Below are positions 42,646-55,668 of a DNA stretch of 64,000 nt, in pieces (position 1 is the first letter of the stretch; each line of letters begins with the position of its first letter). The stretch lies in contig NC_043006.1 in the NCBI RefSeq assembly GCF_006345805.1, forward strand, positions 16,678,001 through 16,742,000, written 5' to 3'. This DNA comes from Octopus sinensis (lineage: Eukaryota). Under the pieces are notes generated by a model, which saw nothing but the letters and a program-made list of their open reading frames with translations, was not told the DNA's origin and ran no database searches. Both the position numbers and the translations under genes were made by a program.

Positions 42646-43164
42646 TGGCTCTCATAGCTTCTGAGCTTAACTAATTGGAAGTGTTTATCATGCATGTATT
42701 TTGTCTTCGTATAAAAGATCGACTACAACAGATATTCTGCTCAATACCACAGATTTGCTTGTCAGTCGTTTGACCTTAACCAGTTGAGCATGTCCCTTAG
42801 TGGCTGACAATACGTGCATCTGTGATCCCGAGCAATAGTGGGGAAGCATTATAGCCATGTGTTGAGAGGAATTCTTTGGAGTTTGAATAATTTACCTCTA
42901 GAAACATGGGTGTTTCGTTCAATATCCTTAAGTAACCCTTACTCAGGGACCTTTTGAGCAGAATGAGCTACTCGACTTGAAGAAAATCCTAACTGGGCCC
43001 CAACTGTAAAGTCATGTGCTGTTTATCTTGATATGAAATCACAATGTCGCGTATATATGGTTGTGATGTATGTGCTTAGTGTACCGTTATCAGACGGGTA
43101 GTCATGATGTGTAGATTAGGCTTCGTATATTTGTACCCTAGTGTCACTTTGATGGCATGCGCTC
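42646..43164 (+). repeat. Dispersed repeat family D (class undetermined)
   Basis: Reverse complement of 52003-52484 over about 470 bp. Confidence 0.8.
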
Positions 43165-43183
43165 AACAACAACAAGAGTTAGT

Positions 43184-43565
43184 GGAGGCGCAATGGTCCA
43201 GTGGTTAGGGCAGCGGACTCGCGGTCGGAGGATCGCGGTTTCGATTCCCAGAACGGGCGTTGTTTGTGTTTATTGGGCGAAAACACCTAAAGCTCCACGA
43301 TGCTCCGGCAGGGGGTGGTGGCGATCCCTGTTGCACTCTTTCACTCCAACTTTCTCTCACTCTTTCTTCCTATTTCTTGTCCCCGACTTCCTACGCAACC
43401 GCTGAGCCTGGATGCGCATTCAACAATCCGTCGATGCTGTCGGCGTCGGGGGTTGACCTGCTTTCTCTTCTGCGGGTCTTACGAATAGCAAATGACCACG
43501 TTTCGGACTTCTCTCACTGGGACGAAGACCGCTTCGCTCAACAAACAAACAAACAAACAACAACA
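43184..43565 (+). mobile_element. SINE family C, tail type 2
   Basis: Same head of about 190 nt, different 3' half ending in (AAAC)n. Confidence 0.85.
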
Positions 43566-43574
43566 ATAATATAA

Positions 43575-44165
43575 AACCAAGAATGATCGAGTTGATCAAT
43601 ATTCACACTGGATAATATGCCATCACTGTGGTACCCCGCACCCTTAAAACTGGAATGAACATCAACCAGAGCCAGTTACTGAGAGAGAGAATGTTAGCAT
43701 TCTATGGGATTATAGGATACATACAGACAGGCAAATAAATACTAACAGATCAGACTTTGTCATCAAAGACCTAAAACAAAGAATCTTGTTAATTGACATG
43801 TCAGTACCTACTGATAGAAACATCTCAGCAAATGAATTTGAAAAACTATCGAAATATAAGGACCTTGAGACTGAGATATCTCGGACGTGACAATTAAAAA
43901 CCAAAGCCATCCCTGTTGTTGTAGGTGCCCTAGGAATGATAAAGAAAGGTACTGACAAATTTTTGTACTAGATCCCTGGAAAACCAACAATCTATAAGAC
44001 TCAAAAACTTGTGTTGACATCAACTGCCCACATTTTCAGGATGTTTCGCTCTATCTAATATATATATGTGCCTTGGGTCTCTGGTTGAGACCCGGTCTGA
44101 AGATGAAATAAAAATGCAACTCAATCGGAAAGTAATAATAATAGTAATAATAGTAATAGTAGTAA
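43575..44165 (+). mobile_element. R4/Dong-like non-LTR retrotransposon 3' end (restriction-like endonuclease)
   Basis: WNEHQPEPVTERENVSILWDYRIHTDRQINTNRSDFVIKD...LIDMSVPTDRNISANEFEKLSKYKDL...PVVVGALG (PD-D/ExK RLE), 3' UTR hairpin and (AAT)n tail; in-frame stops present. Confidence 0.8.
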
Positions 44166-44956
44166 TAATTTCTTTATTAACTACAAGGGTTTACTTTAAG
44201 AAAAACATTATGGACAGTACAGTACAAAACAAAGAATGTGTGTGTATGTGTGTGTTGTTGTAAGGGTTTTACGCGTAAACAAGATCAACAAAATTTTTTT
44301 TAAATGTAGAATCCTCAATAGGGAGGAGGTGTTCGAGAGCTGCTCATGTAAAAACCCCATAAAAAAAACTATGGGTACTTAAACTTTTGAGGCAGGTGCC
44401 TTTTTTCCTTTCCTTTTTTTTTTCTCAACTACAGGTGTAAGCTCAGGGCAGGCCTGTTCACTCGCACCATTCACGTCACTTTCATCCACCTCTCGAAAGA
44501 GCTGTTCTTCACTCCTGCTCCAGAGCCTCGGCTGCGGGGTCACTCCGAAAAGCTCTATCTGCGACGATTTCATCTCAATCGAAGGAGAGGGGCTTTGTCC
44601 GTCCGGGTTGCGGATCCGTGGAATAAGCTGCCGGACGAGATAGTGAAGATGCCGACGACCGCTCGGTTCAAAGTCTCTCTTGACCAGAAATGGCCTGAAC
44701 TCTTTGCATGAACATCCTCCCTGTACGTAACTCCATGTCCCCCTACATGGCCTTGCTTTTTGCTTTTTGAGCCAAAAAATTAACTTAACTTAACTTTCAG
44801 CAAATTGGCTAGAAGACTACTTTCCTCTCTACTCTTATTTTCCTTTTCAAGTGAAACTTGAAAAAATTGATCAGGGATTGGCCAAAGAGAAAAATGTTTG
44901 TCTTCAATAATAATAATAATAATAACAATAACAACAACAACAACAACAACAACAAC

Positions 44957-45009
<53 letters not shown>

Positions 45010-45605
45010 ACAGTTCCGTACTTTGCACCCCTACGAATAAATCGAAAAGTTGGCGGGTACTTTGCCAACTCTTCCTCAATGTCAGTCTGAGAGAACTCAG
45101 CGATGGCTTCAAGGACCCTAGAGTAGGTCCTTAACACCACCGTTCTCTCAGTATAATTTTTGAGCCAATCTTTGGGGGCCACAATTCGCCACTCCAAAGC
45201 AGTATTCTTTGTTGCTATTTTTTTTTCAAAAAATAAAATTAAAATAATCCGAAAACAAAAAGTCCAAAAATGTTCAAATAAAAGTCAATAATATAACACA
45301 AAGAAAGAACGGAAAGACAGACGTGGGAAAACAGGAATGAAAGAAGACAGTTCAACTGGTAACAAAATTCTGCTGCTCAGGTAATCCGCAGCACAAAAAT
45401 TAAATTCTCCGCCGTCCTCGCACTCCTTACCTGAATGGTAGACCCAAAGGTACGGGCACGAACACAAGAAAAAACAGACAAAATTTTTTTTCCTGGAGGG
45501 AATACGCCTCCCAAAAACACTATTCTCACTGCAAAGTGAGACTTTTCGCAGAACCACAGGCAGGCAAATGTCTGGAACAGAGTGGAGTCTATTGCTCAAC
45601 AAAAA
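44131..45605 (-). mobile_element. Internally deleted Tx1/L1-like LINE (5' UTR + ORF1 start fused to ORF2 end + 3' UTR)
   Basis: Putative 5' UTR 45605-45200, ORF1-like EWRIVAPKDWLKNYTERTVVLRTYS...RRGAKYGTV, (AAT/AAC)n, ORF2 tail LKTNIFLFGQSLINFFKFHLKRKIRVER...QFAE/RWMKV, 3' UTR with AATAAA near 44172. Confidence 0.6.
44492..44795 (+). mobile_element. CR1-clade LINE 3' fragment nested in the Tx1-like element
   Basis: LSKELFFTPAPEPRLRGHSEKLYLRRFHLNRRRGALSVRVADPWNKLPDEIVKMPTTARFKVSLDQKWPELFA* (stop 44709-11), then (TTAAC)n tail; flanks rejoin as ttcatccacct|ttcagcaa. Confidence 0.85.
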
Positions 45606-46496
45606 TTATTAGTTACTGAACAACAAACTCCACTAAGCCCCTCCCAAACAAAACAAACGCCTACCTGTAGTCGTGCTTCAAATGTTCGATTTTCACGTCG
45701 CAAGACGTGACTTCCAAGCAGCATGAAAAATGCGAACTCTTCTGTCAGTGAGGTAAGCAAGCTACTTACCTCACAGCCACTCCTATCTATTTATTTTGTT
45801 TCCTAATTACCAGAAGCTAATTGAATCAGAAAGGGCCGTTTCATTTCAAAATGAAAGCTTCAGACAAGGTTAACTGCAAATTCTTAATAATGTAACATCT
45901 TATAAAACAATCATGCAAATTTTAAGCGCACACACACACACACACCGTCCCTCACATACACTAAGAGAAATCCTTAACGTGCTAGTATTAACAGTCAAAC
46001 CTCATTCAAATCGCGTCCCACCGTCTTAAATAAAGCAAGATAGAGAACGTTAGATAATTTAGTCTGATATATCCTTACACAAATGAAATGGTCAAAGCTG
46101 AAGTGACCTTTCATTATCGGTTTTGCTCAATTAAGGTTGACCTGGGAATAAACAGTAACAGAGAGAAGGAGGAAGAGAGAGAGAGAGAGAATGTGCAAAT
46201 GTTTAAAATATTTTTTATTACATTCTCTTTTTCTCTCCTCTACACATACACGCGCGCGCACGCTCACACATGTACGCACACACAATTTGCAACGGTATCA
46301 CAAGGGTTAGTGCCAGGCTTCAGAGTGGAACTCTGCGAGACTGAACATGATTGTGTTCGGGTTTGGTAAGGTCTGGACCTAAAGTTCTTACAATGTTCAA
46401 GGATGCTTTTTATAAAGACTAGTCAGGCAGATGTTTACCCTGTTTGTAAATCATAACTCCCGTATGTAACTGCACTTTAATGGCATAAGTTTTATA

Positions 46497-46879
46497 TGGA
46501 AGCACTCCGTCGGTTACGACGATGAGGGTTCCGGTTGATCCTATCAACGGAACAGCCTGCTCGTGAAATTAACGTGTAAGTGGCTGAGCACTCCACAGAA
46601 ACGTGTACCCTTAACGTAGTTCTCGGGGATATTCAGCGTGACACAGAGAGTGACAAGGCCGGCCCTTTCAAATATAGGTACAACAGAAACAGGAAGTAAG
46701 AGTGAGAGAAAGTTGTGGTGAAAGAGTACAGCAGGGATCACCACCATCCCCTGCCGGAGCCTCGTGGAGCTTTTAGGTGTTTTCGCTCAATAAACACTCA
46801 CAACGCCCGGTCTGGGAATCGAAACCGCGATCCTATGACCGCGAGTCAGCTGCCCTAACCACTGGGCCATTGCGCCTCC
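46497..46879 (-). mobile_element. SINE family C, tail type 3
   Basis: TSD AAGTTTTATA at 46487-96 and 46880-89. Confidence 0.9.
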
Positions 46880-46929
46880 AAGTTTTATATAAGGTATATA
46901 TTTTTGTAAATTCTACAGACAGCTAGATA

Positions 46930-47062
46930 CTGGCGTGGCTGTGTTGTAAGAAGCTTGTATCCCAACGACAAGGTTCCGAGCTCAGTCCCACTGCGTGGCA
47001 CCTTGTGCATATGTCTTCTTCTATAGCCTCAGGCCGACCAAAGCTATGTGAAACCCGGCGTA

Positions 47063-47093
<31 letters not shown>

Positions 47094-47307
47094 CTTTGTA
47101 TCTGTGTTTGTTTCCCACCACCACTTGACAACCGGTGTTGGCTTGTTTACGTCCCCGTAACTTCGTGCTTCGACAAAAAGACACTGGTAGAATAAGTACC
47201 AGGTTTAACAAAAAAATAAGCACTGGGTTCGATTCATTCGACTAAAAGTTCTTCAAGGCGGTGCCCCAGCATGACCGCAGCAGTCTAATAACTGAAAGAA
47301 GTAAAAG

Positions 47308-47310
<3 letters not shown>
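46930..47310 (+). mobile_element. SINE family B, diverged
   Basis: Same head, core and tail layout. Confidence 0.75.
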
Positions 47311-47338
<28 letters not shown>

Positions 47339-48312
47339 CTTTAGTGTAACCCATGCTGATAGTACCATCAGATACGATCCTAATCTCCGCCCTGCCTAAC
47401 TACTTCTAGGGATGAAAACACTTCATATTGCTATTACATATACGAAAAAAACATTCGCTTTGCTTTGTCTTTCACAAAGTAAATCGAAATAAGACCTCCT
47501 TAAATTTGGAGTAAAAAAAAATCCTCTTGAAAGACAAAAAGTGGGGAAAAAGGTAGACGGTCAATCACAGAGCTCGAAACACGAATTGTAATTACACCGA
47601 AGTGGTTCTCCATCTTTCAACCGTTCGAATAAGAAGCTTTAATCCTATAAGTGAGAATGGAATTTTGTTCACATTTAGATTGCAGTTAAGAATCATTGTG
47701 AAATATGTATATAATTCTCTATTACTACGTAGCGCGAATTTTGTTATAGATTATTGCTTAGAATATACTAGATAAAAAAAGCAAGAACTAATCCGTTGGA
47801 CAGATAAAATGTGGACAACCTTCTGCGGAGGTCGGACCACGTATCTACCAAATTCCGGACGGTCGTGACACCATGACACACACACACACACACATATAAG
47901 CATATATCTGTGTGTGTGTGCGTGTGTGTGTGTATGCGTGTGTGTGTGTAATTGTAAGATCCTAGCATCTAAGTGGAGGTAGGTATAAAAGACAGCGTTC
48001 AAGAAGGTTTTTAGCTTTTCCCATATCGAAGTTCGATAATCCGGAAAAGAAATGTATGTATAGCTCACGGTTAGCATCTAGTGTTGCTATGAATGCGAAT
48101 AAAAATCCAAAGTGAGGGAGTGACACGGGTAAAATACAGGCTACATTTGTTTCCTAGCTAGAAGATCCTCACATGTAATAACTACTCAACAAGGAGTACT
48201 CAGCGAGCTACTCACGAGGTCGAAGATACCTTAATCATATGAAATTTACATTGTCGCGTTTATACATGCATGGACTCTCCTGTGGGAGACGACTGATGAG
48301 GGTTCTGCCATT

Positions 48313-49075
48313 CCTTATTTCTTTACTGTCCACAAGGGGCTACACACAGAAGGGACAAACAAGGACAGATAAACGGATTAAGTCAATTATATCGATTCCA
48401 GTGCGTAACTGGTACTTAATTTATCGACCCCGAAAGGATGAAAGGCAAAGTCCACCTCGACGGAATTTGAACTCAGAACGTAAAGACAGAAGAAATGCCT
48501 ATTTCTTTACTGCCCACAAGGGGCTACACACAGAAGGGACAAACATGGACAGATAAACGGATTAAGTCGATTATATCGACCCCAGTGCGTAACTGGTACT
48601 TATTTAATCTACCCCGAAAGGACGAAAGGCAAAGTCTTTGAACTCAGAACGTAGCGGCAGACGAATACCTATTTCTTTACTACCTACAAGTGGCTAAACA
48701 CAGAGAGGACAAACAGGGACAGCCAAACGGATTAAGTCGATTATATCGACCCCAGTGTGTAACTGGTACTTAATTTATCGACCCCGAAAGGATGAAAGGC
48801 AAAGTCTTTGAACTCAGAACGTAGCGGCAGACGAATACCTATTTCTTTACTACCCACAAGGGGCTAAACACAGAGAGGACAAACAGGGACAGCCAAACGG
48901 ATTAAGTCGATTATATCGACCCCAGTGTGTAACTGGTATTTAATTTATCGACCCCGAAAGGATGAAAGGCAAAGTCGACCTCAGCGGAATTTGAACTCAC
49001 AACGTAACGGCAGCATTTCACAACGTAACCGCTAAGCATTTCGCCCGGCGTTCTAACATTTCTGCTTGCTTGCTG
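48313..49075 (-). mobile_element. SINE family A tetramer array
   Basis: Units 48313-48499, 48500-48669, 48670-48839, 48840-49075; the two 170-bp middle units share a 13-nt deletion. Confidence 0.9.
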
Positions 49076-49324
49076 CAATTTCTTGCAAAACAACCTACAA
49101 ATGTAATTTGTTTATAGTCATCAAGTGTTTGTGCTGCACATTAGCTCACTCTCGCCCTCAAATCGACATTGCCTGTACAGGTGCTCGGTGTACCACATTT
49201 CAGATGCCGAGGTAATCGCAGAGCAACGTAAGGAGAATTGCTTTACTCAAGAACTCAACGTACCACCCAGTCTCGCGATCGTGAACACAAGACCTTAACC
49301 ACTGGACCATTCACGCTTATACCC

Positions 49325-49355
<31 letters not shown>

Positions 49356-49614
49356 CATACATACATACATACATACATACATACATTTTTTTATGGCTGC
49401 CTCCTCGTTATCGAATATGGCCATTATACGAAGCTTAACTGTTACTGGTGCTGTGATCGAATGTGACTTTTTAGCCCAGCTAAAGATCTACAATGTCTTG
49501 TACAGAATTGGCAACTAATACATACATACATACATACATACATACATACATACATACATACATACATACATACATACATACATACATACATACATACATG
49601 ATAACCCTTCGGCA

Positions 49615-49880
49615 ATATCTTTTAACCACCAAGTGTCGAAGTGCAACCCTTGACCAAGTTTGCACACATGAGACTGATAACATCATGAGGATAACATCGT
49701 CAGGATTCCTCGTCTGATAGCCTTGAATACATGCCCAAAGAAGTCGCACGAGTCTACTGAAGAGTTATCTATGTACAGTTGTGGAAATCAGCTGCCCTGC
49801 GGATGTTAACATAAAGCTGAAGATCAGCGAAAAAGAGAGTATCAAAGTTGAACTATTGAGAAATTTGCAGATAATCAAAG
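49615..49880 (+). mobile_element. RLE-type non-LTR retrotransposon fragment
   Basis: CTVVEISCPADVNIKLKISEKESIKVELLRNLQ resembles the E-x-K catalytic segment of RLE domains. Confidence 0.55.
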
Positions 49881-50101
49881 AATGTAACATTGTAATACTT
49901 CATGTAAAGTAAATACAACAAATGAAACTCCTTCAAGAATCCATGAAAATTCCCGGATCACTGTTCCTTGTGTCATTACCAACTTTTCCTGCAAGTTTCA
50001 TCAAATACCGTTCACAACTTTTTGAGTTATTTTGCACACAGAAGGACAGACGAACAAACCAACGCCGATGAAAACATAACCTCCTTTCTTGGCGGAGGTA
50101 A
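49880..50101 (+). mobile_element. Helentron/DINE-like non-autonomous element 3' part
   Basis: GACA-type short repeats followed by GAAAACATAACCTCC-TTTCTTGGC-GGAGGTAA terminal hairpin, typical of invertebrate Helentron-associated elements. Confidence 0.5.
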
Positions 50102-50272
50102 CTAGGAGTCCCTCACTGCCAGTCGTTCATATTCGATTGACCCATTGTAGAGACTCTAACAGGAATACGCGGAGTTCTTTACTAATCTAAACAGTATTGT
50201 TAGCTTGGTGGAGTAACAGAGAGCTTATAAAGTATTTTGCCTGGATTGATAATTCCTCACTAATAACTCTGT

Positions 50273-50313
<41 letters not shown>

Positions 50314-50613
50314 TTTGCAGTATCGCCCGGCGTTGTTCGGGTTTGTAAGGGAAATAACTATATAAGCATTTTTAGAGAGTTACTTTCCTTATGTAATAGC
50401 AAAAAAATGCATTAAAAATGGGAAAAAATTATGGTAAATTTTTTTTTTAAATCGTAGACTCATCGTAGACGCGTGCTAATATCCAGAAGAGCTCGATGTG
50501 AATCACGACTATAAGATACCCGCTTTTGGTTAAACTGCACCGCAAAATGTGGGAGTAGTTAGGAATGTAAATCGTAGGAGACAGACACACAACTTCACTT
50601 TTATATAAAAAGA
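50314..50613 (-). mobile_element. Non-autonomous Helitron, shorter copy of the 54361 family
   Basis: Collinear with 54361-54754 except for an internal indel; TC 5' end and 3' hairpin kept, CTAG mutated. Confidence 0.8.
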
Positions 50614-50618
50614 TATAC

Positions 50619-50656
<38 letters not shown>

Positions 50657-50685
50657 CACAAATTACTTGCTATGCGAGTACATCT

Positions 50686-50812
<127 letters not shown>

Positions 50813-51567
50813 AACACACAAAAAGACTGACCGACAGACAGTTATATTGCTGATTAGCTTCAATGAGCAGCTGCCAAGCTGGGGTTCCGTATTGAAAGGT
50901 TTTCTAGTCTATTAAATTATTCCTTGTATTTTATCTACTTATTTCATTGTTCTTGGAAGAAACAGATCGTAAAATGGACAACGGTATATAAAGGAAAATA
51001 AATCAGGTGAACATTAATACTATAAGGTTATTTCTGATTGAATGCACCAGTTTCTCAAAGCCTTACTGTACAAATATATGTGTATGTATATGCGTATGTG
51101 TATGTGTATGTGCGTGTGGGAATCTGTATTTGTTTCCTTGCGGTCTTGGAGTTAATGGAATCTCTACAAGAATTATCATTACATCGCATTTTATCCATCT
51201 TCCAAAATCTGTTTTTCTATATATTTATTTACTTTATTATTTTTTTTTTTTGCTACCAAAATGCTATTTCGTTTCGGAATGAAAGCTATTTAGTTTTCCG
51301 GAATCATATTAAATTGGTACAATGCGATGGAATTACCAATATCCTGAGGAGTCTGAAAATTATCGTGTTTCTTCTATTACTGAACATGAAATATCCTTGG
51401 ATTATCTTAACATTACCATTATTTTTCGTTCTGGTGTTTCTATATCAATATTCTTCATCCATTACCAGCCACGTATTAGTCATTACAAATGTACTCTTAT
51501 TTGCTTCAGCCATTAGAGTACGGCTTAGCTGGAGCATAAGCTTTTAGGGTTAGACACCACCAGTAAG

Positions 51568-51985
51568 CAGGCAGAATCGTTAGCAAGCCGGGCGAAATGC
51601 TTAGCAGTATTTCGTCTGCCGTTACGTTCTGAGTTCAAATTCCGCCGAGATCGACTTTGCCTTTCATCCTTTCGGTGTCGATAAATTAAGTACCAGTTAC
51701 GCACTGGGGTCGATGTAATCGACTTAATCCCTTTGTCTGCTCTTGTTTGCCCTTATTTCTTTATTGCCTCTTATGGGCAATAAAGAAATAAGAATCGTTA
51801 GCAAGCCGGACGAAATCTTTAGCATTTCGTTGGTCCTTACGATGCGAGTTCAAATTCCGTCGAGGTAGACTTTACCTTTCATCTTTTCAGGATTGATAAT
51901 ATGAATGAATACCAGTTCAGCACTGGGGTCGATGTAATCGACTAGCCACTCCCTTAAAATTCCAGGCCTTGTACCTTTAGTAGAA
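51568..51985 (+). mobile_element. SINE family A dimer
   Basis: Two successive heads (gaatcgttagcaagccgg) and cores. Confidence 0.8.
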
Positions 51986-52002
51986 AGGATTATTATTATT
52001 AT

Positions 52003-52484
52003 TGAGTGAGAGAGCAGTTCATGCCATCAAAGTGACACTGGGGTAAAATATACGAAGCCCAATATACCCATCATGACTACCCGTCTGATAAGGGCACACC
52101 AGGCACATGCATCACAACCATAAGTGCGCGGCATGGTGATCTCATATCAAGATAAACTGCACATGACCTTGCAGGTGGGGCCCAGTTAGAATTTTCTTCA
52201 GGTTGAGTAGCCATCCCGCTCAAACGGTCCTGAATAAGGGTTGTTTAAGGATGTTGAAAAACCCACCCATGTCTCCAGAGGTGAATTATTCAAACCCCAA
52301 AGAATCCCTCTCAACACATGGCTATGATGCTCCCCCATACTTCTGCTCGTGATCAGAGATGCACATATCGTCAGCCACTAAGGGATATGCTCAACTGGTT
52401 AAGGTCAAACAACTGACAAGCAAATCTGTGGTATTGAGCAGAATATTTGCTGTAGCCATCTTTTATACCAAGACAAAACAATGT
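52003..52484 (-). repeat. Dispersed repeat family D, second copy
   Basis: Inverted relative to 42646-43164. Confidence 0.8.
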
Positions 52485-52485
52485 A

Positions 52486-52557
<72 letters not shown>

Positions 52558-52744
52558 AGTTGTCAGCACGGCGGGCAAAATGCTTAGCGTCTGTCCTTGC
52601 GTTCTGAATTTAAATTCCGTCGAAGCAAACTTTGCCTTCCATCCTTTCAGGGTAGTAGAAAAAAAATTATTCATTAAGCTATTTATTTATTTAATTATTT
52701 ATTTATTTAAGTTTGGTACTTATTATGTCGATCCTTTTTGTTGA

Positions 52745-52931
52745 ACTGCTAGGTAGCGGGGGGCGTAAACAAACTAATACCGATGGTCAAGCGATCGGAA
52801 GACGAATACAAAGACACACAGTCACACATATACATACACTGATACATACGCATATATAGATACACACACACACAGTCACACACATACATACATACATACA
52901 CATACATACATACATACATACATACATACAT

Positions 52932-52962
<31 letters not shown>

Positions 52963-53217
52963 TACATACATACATTCACACATACATACATACATACACA
53001 CACACATACATACATACATACATACATACGTACGTACGTACATACATACATACATACATACATACATACGTACGTACATACATACATACATACATACATA
53101 CATACATACACACATGCATACATACATACATACATACGTACGTACATACATACATACATACATACATACATACATACACACATGCATACATACATACATA
53201 CATACACACACGCACGC

Positions 53218-53284
<67 letters not shown>

Positions 53285-53420
53285 ACGGGTGTTCACACAG
53301 TTTCCGTTTTCCGTCTACCAAATTCATTTCGCTTACAAGGCGTTGGTCTTATAGAAAACATGCATCCAAGGGGCTGCGCGGTTGCGGTGGAACTGAACCC
53401 GAAATCACGTGGTTGCGGTG
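52745..53420 (-). mobile_element. SINE family B with its internal microsatellite expanded to about 450 bp
   Basis: Family B head (53300-53420) and body (52745-52830) separated by (CATA)n/(CA)n. Confidence 0.6.
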
Positions 53421-53885
53421 GCTTTATCTCGTATCCATTTTCTTCACTCAATTTCTTCTTTGCTGAACGGTTCCCTTATGGTGGTGCTGTTGATGGCTCT
53501 GTAAACCAATTCTTACACACGCACACACACTCACACGTACATACATACATACATACATACATACATAGAGTTTCTCTCAACCAATTCTTACACACGCACG
53601 CGCGCACACACACACACAACACACACACAAGACACACACACACACACACACACACACACAAGACACACACACATACATACATATGTACATACATACATAC
53701 ATACGAACATACATACATACATACATACATACATACACACACACACATACACATACATACATACATAATACATACATACACACACATACATACATACATA
53801 CATACATACATACATACATACATACATACATACATACACGCACACACACACACACATACTTACACACATACATACATACATACAG
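52850..53885. repeat. (CATA)n/(CA)n microsatellite field
   Basis: Direct reading. Confidence 0.95.
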
Positions 53886-54360
53886 AGTTTCTGTCAACCA
53901 AATTCACTATCAATTGATCCGAGTAGGGACTATAGAAGAACACACTTTTCTAAGATGCCGCGAAGTGGAACTGAACGCGAAGCTACATGATTACGATGCG
54001 AACTTCTTACCGACACAGTCATGCCTATATATCTAAAGGCGCGTGGCTTAGTAGTTAGGGTATTCGGCTCATGATCGTAAGGGCGTGATTCCTGGAGGCG
54101 AGTGGTGTCCTTGAGCAAGACACTTTATTACACGTTGCCCCAGTCCACTCGGCTGACAAACATGGGTAATACCTGTATTTCAAACGGCCAGCCTGTCACA
54201 TTCCACATTCTTGCTGAATTTCCTCCAAAACTACGTTAAGGAACGCGTGTCTCGAGCACTCAACCACATAGAAGTTAATTTCACGAGCAGGCTGTTCCGT
54301 TGATTGGATTATCTGGAACACCTGTCATCGTAACCGTCGGAGTACCTATTTTATATCTAA

Positions 54361-54754
54361 CTAGCAGTATCGCCCGGCGTTGCTCGGGTTTGTAAGGGAA
54401 ATAACTATATAAGCATTTTTAGAGAGTTATAGCCAAAGAATAGCAAAAAAATGCATTGAAAATGGAAAAAAAATTATGGTAATTTTTTTAAATCGTTGAC
54501 GCATCGTAGACATTTTTAGAGAGTTACTTCCCTTATATAATAGCGAAAAAATGCATTAAAATGGAAGAAAGAAAATATGGTAATTTTTTTTAAATCGTAG
54601 ACTCATCGTAGACGCGCTAATACCCAGAAGGGCTCGATATGAATCACGACTATAAGATACCAGGTTTTTGTTAAACTGCACCGCAAAATGTGGGAGTAGT
54701 TAGGAATCTAAATCGTAGGAGACAGACAACAAACTTGACTTTTATATATAAAGA
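54361..54754 (-). mobile_element. Non-autonomous Helitron, 394 bp, complete
   Basis: Minus strand starts TC (TCTTTATATATAAAA), ends CTAG with CCCG-AGCAACGC-CGGG hairpin just upstream; inserted between A and T. Confidence 0.85.
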
Positions 54755-54850
54755 TATCAACATGTCTTACACAAGAATTAAATAGAAGATACACCACTTG
54801 TATGATGCATGTAAACTCATGCGTGGAAAAATTAGCGAATGGATTGTAAA

Positions 54851-54888
54851 ATGGCGACCAAACTTGGTGAAAATGTTGTTATGAACAA
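54851..54888 (+). CDS. Possible first exon of a plus-strand gene (MATKLGENVVMN) or a 5' UTR exon
   Basis: aaaATGGCG start context followed 38 nt later by AA|GTGAGT donor; strong acceptor tttttttctttttcag at 55498 downstream. Confidence 0.22.
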
Positions 54889-55367
54889 GTGAGTGTATTT
54901 GTATTTCCTATTTTGACTCATCAGGAAATCTCTGCTTTAAGCTCTTTAACGGCGTCTATAACAAGTCATGTGTTGATAATATTAATTATGTTTGAAAGAA
55001 GGCTGTTTCAGAAATACTTACACCTGCGTGAGTGAGCGCGTATGTATGTATGTATGCGCGCGCCTTCTCATGTATGTAAATGTGTGTATGCTTACGCGTG
55101 TATATGTGTAACGTTGTATGAGTGTACGTGCAAATAAACATTTTCGAGTTGAATTGTAAATCGGTGCCAATAATGGATACCTAGAAGAAAATCGCAATGG
55201 AATAAATAAAATGGCTAATTATAGAAATTCTTCCTCCTCGCTGCATAATAAATACATGATCGCCAAAAGCAATGAGATTTCATGGAAATATTTCTGGTCG
55301 AAGAAGATGACAACAAAAATAATCACACATCGCCTTGATTGTCTAAGTTTAATTTAATTATATTTTA

Positions 55368-55433
<66 letters not shown>

Positions 55434-55668
55434 GTGTGTGTGTGCGTGCGTGCGTGTGCGCTGTAAATAACTAGGAGAATTGTTTTTTTCTTTTTCAGCT
55501 TGATCGGAAACTTTACTGCATCATGAATAAAATGATTAACAGACTAGCAACCAAAACACTCGATGCACCACGTATAGTAGAAAGAAATACCAGTGCATGT
55601 TGCAATAATGGTTTTTAAAAAAAATTTAGGTACAAGGCCAGCAATTTTTAAGAAGAGGGACTGAAATA

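Noticed and set aside
48280-48312. CTGATGA motif just before the SINE tetramer
   Set aside because: No GAAA, stem III or stem I partner is recoverable on either side of the insertion.
51038-51547. 169-aa hydrophobic ORF resembling a membrane protein
   Set aside because: Begins in a GT/AT microsatellite and poly-T runs; hydrophobicity follows from T-richness; no splice or family support.
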